This document shows, piece by piece, positions 56,035 through 64,000 of a DNA stretch of 64,000 bases. The notes under the pieces were generated by a model that saw only the letters and a program-made list of their open reading frames with translations, ran no database searches and was not told the DNA's origin. Each line of letters opens with the position of its first letter. The stretch's first letter is position 1. Source of the stretch: Eledone cirrhosa (Eukaryota); the NCBI GenBank assembly GCA_964016885.1, contig OZ024742.1, positions 29,946,001 through 30,010,000 on the forward strand, in the 5' to 3' direction. The position numbers and the translations under genes were made by a program.

Positions 56035-56040
<6 letters not shown>
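55474..56040. mobile_element. Inverted pair of PLE pseudo-LTRs, each with a hammerhead (55697-55741 -, 55832-55876 +)
   Basis: 55533-55754 is the near-perfect reverse complement of 55819-56040; same family as 13748 and 29960. Confidence 0.85.
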
Positions 56041-56131
<91 letters not shown>

Positions 56132-56134
56132 TGT

Positions 56135-56191
<57 letters not shown>

Positions 56192-56443
56192 TGCGTATGT
56201 GTGTGCGTATGTATGTGTGTGTGCGTGTGTGTGTGTATGTGTGTACATTTACATTTCGTTTGCGGACATGCTGGAGCACCATTTTGTTTTAGTCAACCAT
56301 ATCGACCCCAAGAACTCATTTTTTTTTATTCTGGTACTTTCAAAAATATTATATCGATCTCTTCTTGTCGAACGGCAAAATTATGAGCATAAATACAGAC
56401 ACAGCCGTAAACATACACACAGGTATATAGACACAAGCAAGCG

Positions 56444-56514
<71 letters not shown>

Positions 56515-56578
56515 CCCATGCATAGAATACTACCCTGATTTGTGTTCTCCCTAATCTCGGCACCGCAGACTTTATACG

Positions 56579-56656
<78 letters not shown>

Positions 56657-56659
<3 letters not shown>

Positions 56660-57423
56660 ATAAATTATCGAGATTCGCATTTCGACCCACGAAATAACGA
56701 AAAACAACCTCCGAGATGTGAGGCAAGTGCTCAATGGTTCAGATGAACCAGAGCTATAACAAACGTTAAACGCCAAACTCACTGAGACGATGGTCAAACA
56801 ATCATTCGCATAGCCAAAAAAACGATCAAGTATTTCGGGTATTGAAAATTTACCCGGACCCCTGGAAGGTTGGTAAAATCCAGTATTTGGGTTTCTGCGG
56901 CTCCTAAATCAAGTACCGTCCGCTTACATAAATAATGTCAGGCTTCTGGTAAGTTGATTGAACAAGGAAGCCACTTTCTCAACAGGTTTTAGTTCAATGT
57001 TAATACAAGGACTGACTATTGCTGACTCCACGTGGGGATCGGCAAGGGAGGCGAATCAGGCGAATAAATTCAGTTGTGTATATTTTTGCAAAAATGCAAA
57101 ACATCACAAATCGAATAGAGTTCTCAACAGAAGGGTTAAAATTAACATAAGCTATTCATCAGTCAATAGAATCAACTAAAAAATCAAGAAAATTAACTGG
57201 TCAACAGCTAGAGTCTGGAGATAAATGCAAACATAAATTATCGAGATTCGCATTTCGGCCCACGAAATAACGAAAAACAACCTCCGAGATGTGAGGCAAG
57301 TGCTCAATGGTTCAGATGAACCAGAGCTATAACAAACGTTAAACGCCAAATACACTGAGACGATGGTCAAACAATCATTCGCATAGCCAAAAAAACGATC
57401 AAGTAATTCGGGTATTGAAAATT
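56657..57423. repeat. About 195-bp direct repeats (56657-56852, 57229-57423) around a unique core; unclassified
   Basis: Near-identical direct copies; distant relative at about 27135-27280. Confidence 0.7.
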
Positions 57424-58083
57424 TTCTTATTTTACGTCATTCATATAATTGTTCTGCATCCCCTTGCATTGAACCACAAAGTTACTAAGACAAAACCTAT
57501 ATATTTGCTAGCATAGGTATGCATCTGTATATTTATGTTGGTAGATATACTCATTCTTTATAATTATCTCCAAATTATTTTGTTGAGCAAAAATTTGCCA
57601 AAACTGCTACTATAGTTCATAGTAATGGCTTGGCTACTGTCTTTTTACACCGCACTCTTCACTGATTAACCTCGATGTCACGTGATTGATTCTTTTGAAT
57701 TTGCCACCGACCAAGTAGGCAGTGATTTTTTCAATGTCTTGGAATTTAGTCCACGCTTGCTTTTTTACAACCACTGAATTATTTTTGTATAAGTTCCCTG
57801 TGTCCACGCATCGCCAGGTATCTTAGCTGAGAACAGACTTCCTGTTGACGAAACGCGGCTTCTCCATGCTTTCCATTTAGAAACCATGTTTATTCCCTTT
57901 CAAAAACTATTTAGTTGGAGTGAAATTTTAGTAAGTTAATTTTTATTATTTTCTTATTTTACGTCATTCATATAATTGTTCTGCATCCCCTTGCATTGAA
58001 CCACAAAGTTACTAAGACAAAAACCTATATATTTGCTAGCATAGGTATGCATCTGTATATATATGTTGGTAGATATACTAATT

Positions 58084-58190
<107 letters not shown>

Positions 58191-58322
58191 CATGTATATC
58201 GAAATATATATATACATGCATATATATATGTATCCGTTCATTTTCCTGTCTTAGCCTATATATTTATACTCATATATATAATATATTTTAATACTATGAC
58301 ATACCAATTGAAAAGTAAACTA

Positions 58323-58393
<71 letters not shown>

Positions 58394-58564
58394 TATGCAC
58401 ATATATATATGTATATATATATATGTACATATATATACACATATATATATATACACATATATATGTATATATATATATATACACATATATATATATATGT
58501 ACATATATATATATACATATATACATATACATATATATATATATGTACATATATATATATATAC

Positions 58565-58661
<97 letters not shown>

Positions 58662-58671
58662 TATATACATA

Positions 58672-58787
<116 letters not shown>

Positions 58788-58910
58788 AAAAAAATATATC
58801 GCTCTACATGGCTGAATACAATAAATGGTAATATGCAAATCAGGTCGATCAGTCACTGTGTATTTTAGAAAATATCATATATTTTCACAAGCTCTGACAG
58901 TTGGCAGGTG

Positions 58911-58970
58911 AACAGTGAACTGCACTGATGAAGGGTGATACCCAAAAACATTAGTGTCTGCAGTTCTGTT
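58911..58970 (+). ncRNA. Hammerhead-like motif with a mutated GAAA
   Basis: GAACUGCA-CUGAUGA-A GGG ugaua CCC A-AAAAC AUUAGU GU-C-UGCAGUUC; 8-bp stem I; G12 appears as A. Confidence 0.6.
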
Positions 58971-59316
58971 TACATGCCAACACAAGAGTAAGAATGAGGG
59001 GCTCATTCTACTGACCTGGCTATAAAAATGAGGCTGTTTGCATAATTGCAAACGAATCGAATGTTATTATTAATATTAGAAAAACTCAGATTACATTTAT
59101 ATATATACTTAATACATTAACAGAAAAAGCTATTAGCGATACTCCGACCAACTTTCATCTCACTCAACAAACATTAGGAAATACCTAAGTATATTCCCAA
59201 TTATACGTTTGGGGTGTTAACTATATTTTATTGTGTGAATAGTCGGCTGTATTAGACATAATGTATGAGACATAATTAAATAAATCTCACTTTCCATACG
59301 ATCGTTTCATTATAAG

Positions 59317-59364
<48 letters not shown>

Positions 59365-59871
59365 TAATTTAATTCAACATATGTCATGGAAAAGTCTGCA
59401 AAAACTGTGTTTCTCAACACACATTAATTCGAACACCATCAACATTCAACATCCACCATAGATTCTAATACATTAACATATTTGCTTAAAGTGCAGTATT
59501 TATTCATCTCTATATATGCATAATAGCTTTGCTTGTCTCCATCTCATGTATATGACTTACGCAGTCGCACTATCCACACGCCTGCATATGAATTGTTTTT
59601 GCACTCTTCCTTTCTCAAAACTACTTCCTTAATGCCTCTTTAATATTTGGACTATTCCCTTGTTTTAACTGTTGCATGTATTCCACTCCGTGCTTTTGAT
59701 TTTAATTTAATTTGAATTTGAACTTGAATGTTTGTACAATTCTCGTAAAATATATGTCCCATCCATTCCACCCTGCAAATACGAAACTGTTGCTCACAAT
59801 ATCAATTTATATATATATATCTATATTATTGTTCAGTTGAATAGGAGGTTAATTATATGTGCAAACATTGA

Positions 59872-59925
59872 TAATGCTCCGATGACTCCAAACGAGAGTT
59901 TGGAAGAAACGATTGTCAGCTATTA
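59872..59925 (+). ncRNA. Type I hammerhead, U4C variant
   Basis: GCU-CCGAUGA-C UCCAAAC gaga GUUUGGA A-GAAAC GAUU GU-C-AGC. Confidence 0.62.
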
Positions 59926-59968
59926 AATGATTTGAACACAACTTTGATAATTGTATAATTTATTTATT

Positions 59969-60025
<57 letters not shown>

Positions 60026-60168
60026 GAAATAGGATTTCGCTTCAAGCATAGCTTTATACAATATGTATAAATATTTCGTATCTCCAAAGAAATATGGTTT
60101 TAGGAAGCCTTAGCTATGCAAACACCGGGGGGCTCACGCTCCCCGGTGATGTCCAGCACAAGCAAGGG

Positions 60169-60219
60169 GGACAACCGTCTATGCATTTCAGGCCTAACTG
60201 GCCTTCGTCCAGATGGTCC
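60169..60219 (-). ncRNA. Degenerate minimal hammerhead
   Basis: GGACCAUC-UGGACGA-AGGCC aguua GGCCU-GAAAU GC AU-A-GACGG..GUCC; palindromic AUGCAU stem III; core mutated. Confidence 0.5.
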
Positions 60220-60736
60220 CTCCCCCTGGTGCCGAGATTAATATATATATATATATGCCAGAGATACGAAATATTTATACATAAATATATATATATATAT
60301 ATATAGCAAATGATATGTAGATTTAAATATACATTCAAAGCCATACTCAGGTGTTAGAACACTGCTGTATTCACATAAAGATTATGCTGTGCTTAGATGT
60401 CGTACTTTCATAGACAGATTTGTTCCTGAGAATCAAAGAAGATCGAATGTTCGCCATCGATTACAGTAATTAATATCGATCACCAATTATTGATTTTGGT
60501 AAACATCAATTAAGATCATGATTCTCTTTGCCGAAATGTATCTCTCACGTTGTACTAAAATACTAGTCGCTACATTTTGAAGATAAATTGTGAATGATAT
60601 CCACATAGTGTAATTATAATATTTCATAGAAGGGTAGATAAACAGGACAGGCCATAATGAGTGCTAGAAAGAGCTCCTGGCAACTCGATTTTAGTCAACT
60701 CACAACTGAAAACAAGACACATGGAGACACAAGACG

Positions 60737-60809
<73 letters not shown>

Positions 60810-60814
<5 letters not shown>

Positions 60815-61230
60815 GGTGTTGGATTCTTAAAGTATCCGTATGCGGTAGGCCGTATGAGGACTCGATACTCTCATAGAGCAGAGTATGACATCACAGAAAA
60901 AAAGGGAATCAGTGTTGCGACGAATGGAATTTATTGGACATATTACAATCGTTTCTCTGGCGACCAGCTTGAGGCACGATCGATGTGATGATAGAACCTG
61001 ACTCTGAAATCGCAAGGTCCTCAGATACGTCTTGATTCTACGAAGCAGATGTTCCTATAGAAGTTCCTAGGAAAATCTGCTTCGTAGAATCAAGACGTAT
61101 CTGAGGACCTTGCGATTTCAGAGTCAGGTTCGATCATCACATCGATCGTGCCTCGAGCTGGTCGCCAGAGAAACTATTATAATATGTCCAATAAATTCCA
61201 TGTGTCGCAACACTGATTCTCATTCTTTCT

Positions 61231-61235
<5 letters not shown>
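60810..61235. mobile_element. Fold-back repeat with hammerheads in both arms (60937-61031 -, 61094-61188 +)
   Basis: 60890-61050 is the approximate reverse complement of 61075-61235; (TA)n flanks. Confidence 0.75.
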
Positions 61236-61322
<87 letters not shown>

Positions 61323-61373
61323 GATATAGATAGGTAAATATACACGGGTGTGTATGATTGTGTATAGAAGATT

Positions 61374-61539
61374 ATATTAATAAGAGGAATTCCAACTTTG
61401 TCTGATTTACTCGTTTTATTTACAATCCTTTAAAATATATATAATATGGTATTATAATGAATACCATATTATATATATTTTAAAGGATTGTAAATAAAAC
61501 GAGTAAATCAGACAAAGTTGGAATTCCTCTTATTAATAT
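61374..61539. repeat. Near-perfect palindrome with about 80-bp arms
   Basis: TATTAATAAGAGGAATTCC...ATGGTATT-ataatg-AATACCAT...GGAATTCCTCTTATTAATA. Confidence 0.92.
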
Positions 61540-61578
61540 ATACATATATATATACACACACACACACATCTCCCACTA

Positions 61579-61650
<72 letters not shown>

Positions 61651-61847
61651 CATATGTATACATATATATTCACACATGTATATAAATGTATGTATACGTT
61701 CTTTGTTAACCCTAAAACACATACATATATACATCAGATATACAGGCAAACAAACACATGCAAACACTCACATATATAGAAGTAAACATCACTCGCATAC
61801 AAACACACGGATACATACAAACGCACATAAAACTACCAACCATCGCA

Positions 61848-61917
<70 letters not shown>

Positions 61918-61968
61918 GTATATGTGTGCGTGTGTGTGTGTGTATATATATGTGTGTGTGTGTGTGCG

Positions 61969-62006
<38 letters not shown>

Positions 62007-62049
62007 TCTGTGTATATATATATATATATGTAGATATATATATATATAT

Positions 62050-62243
62050 ATAGGAAAAAGTATGACCCCGACGGCAGAGCTCAAGCCCTTTCGACGGCTA
62101 TTTCTGGACATAAATAGCCGTCGAAACGGCTTGAGCTCTGCCGTCGGGGTCATACTTTTTCCTATTACCCACTCTACTACACTAAGTATTGAGTACTCTG
62201 GTGCGTTATGGTCCATCTGGCTCCTTACCACAATTCCTTTGTT
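62050..62243 (+). mobile_element. Hairpin element (62050-62165) plus unpaired 3' tail; contains the 3' half of a hammerhead
   Basis: About 54-bp arms around the loop CTGGACAT; GAAAC GGC..GCC GU-C-GGGGUC. The tail end recurs at 12870-12911. Confidence 0.7.
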
Positions 62244-62812
62244 ATATATATATATATATATATATATTTAATACATTAACAGAGAAAGCTTTAAGCTATA
62301 CTCTGACTGGCTTCCATCTCACTCAATAAATATTAGGATATACCTTAGTATAATCCCAATTTTACGTTTGGGGTGCTAACTATATGCATTTTGCGGATAG
62401 CCAGTTGTATTATTTTATACGAGACATAATTAAAATACATCTCCCTTTCCAAACAATTGTTTCATTATAAGTTTTCTACAAGTTGGGAAAAATATGTCCA
62501 GGTTATGTAGAAGCCTGCACATAGTCCATAGGAATATAATGCAGGTGGGCACTTATAAATCATCAGTGGATACCCGTCAAACATCGATATAAAAAAAACT
62601 TTTTCGTACCGATATCCATTGCTTCTATCGATGGTCCCTCTTCGTATCAGAATGACCGCCAAATTTAAAATTCCAGCAGTCTCAGAATGAGAAATTTGAC
62701 ATTGTCATCAAGCGGAAAGGGGAGGTCATCGCGAAACATAATAAAATAATATGCACGCGGGTCAATTAATTTTTTCAATAATTTTAACCCTGCGTGTGAA
62801 GAACTCAATTAG

Positions 62813-62873
<61 letters not shown>

Positions 62874-63213
62874 TTAGAGCAAACATCGTGAGCGCTCTAT
62901 CTCAAAATTATTTTTGAAAAGCATTAGAAATGCAGAACCAGTAAAAACTTAAAACTAAAACTGAATACTAACCAATACTTATTACTAATTTATATTTATT
63001 CCTAATTAAACTATTTTTCACTGGGAAAAATTCGTCAGGTTGAGATACAATTTGGCGATATTTGGCTGCGCTTTCTAGCAACAAGCCTACCCGCCGTAAG
63101 CAACCAATCACATTCTTTCTAGCTTGACCACAGCCACATTGCGATTCTTAGCCATTTTTTAAATCTAATTTTGGCGCGATCACGTTGGCAAACTAAATGT
63201 CTAATTTTGAGTT

Positions 63214-63292
63214 TGTCTCCTGATGAATCCTAACTCAAGACATTCCTATTAATTGGATGTCTAAAAATACGGATGAAACCATGGTAGAGATA
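63214..63292 (+). ncRNA. Type I hammerhead ribozyme with canonical core and extended stem II
   Basis: UGUCUC-CUGAUGA-AUCC..AGACAU..AUGUCU..GGAU-GAAAC CAUG GU-A-GAGAUA; palindromic ACCAUGGU stem III. Confidence 0.82.
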
Positions 63293-63571
63293 TAATTACG
63301 GTATGTACACATTTCTTCTAAGTTTAATTTTACACCTAATTGTGTATGGTTGATGGTATATTTGGTGAGTTTCTACATGCTGTCGAAATGTTGGATAAAT
63401 ACTCTATTGGGGCCACCGCGAAGAGGCCACTTTCGGTTATTTGACGGAGATTTCTTCATAAGAGCCTTTCTTCTTATAGCTTGGTCTAATTGATTTTTTA
63501 TATGGTTAATTATGCTAATTGGGAGAGGAAATGGTATATATTTTATCTAATAATTCTAAGGACCAGATTTA

Positions 63572-63633
<62 letters not shown>

Positions 63634-63666
63634 TCATATATGTATATATATACACGTATATACATG

Positions 63667-63750
<84 letters not shown>

Positions 63751-63776
63751 CTTATATATATACACATATATACATG

Positions 63777-63833
<57 letters not shown>

Positions 63834-63844
63834 GCTTATATACA

Positions 63845-63876
<32 letters not shown>

Positions 63877-63931
63877 CTTATATATATACACATATATACA
63901 TGTACATATATATATGAATGTAAATATGTGC

Positions 63932-64000
<69 letters not shown>

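Noticed and set aside
62600-62656. Possible minus-strand hammerhead (GAUA-CGAAGA...GAAA...UA-UAUC)
   Set aside because: Core lacks one base and stem II pairs poorly; indistinguishable from chance.

Overview
Eukaryotic, gene-free window made almost entirely of repeats and microsatellites. The SINE type and extreme (TA)n/(CA)n/(GATA)n/(TAA)n load suggest an animal genome, plausibly octopus/cephalopod (inference only). No host protein-coding gene is supported. Main contents: (1) Two head-to-tail arrays of Tx1-like (L1 superfamily) non-LTR retrotransposons on the minus strand: two copies in (GATA)n (1-8676) and three copies in (TAA)n (35975-50888). Two adjacent copies have near-identical ORF2 but strongly diverged ORF1 and 5'UTR. 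(2) Penelope-like element (PLE) remnants (RT and GIY-YIG) and pseudo-LTR fold-backs inserted in (TA)n. Together they carry about 17 intact or degenerate type I hammerhead ribozyme motifs from roughly ten sequence families, found by eye, including core variants. (3) A tRNA-headed Deu/Nin-domain SINE family whose 3' end matches the Tx1 3' end in motif and spacing. (4) RTE fragments, one with a twin-priming-type 5' inversion. (5) A 6-kb block of 36-, 15- and 56-bp tandem repeats. Most ORFs in the supplied track are microsatellite or antisense artefacts. Coordinates were read by eye and may be off by a few bases.
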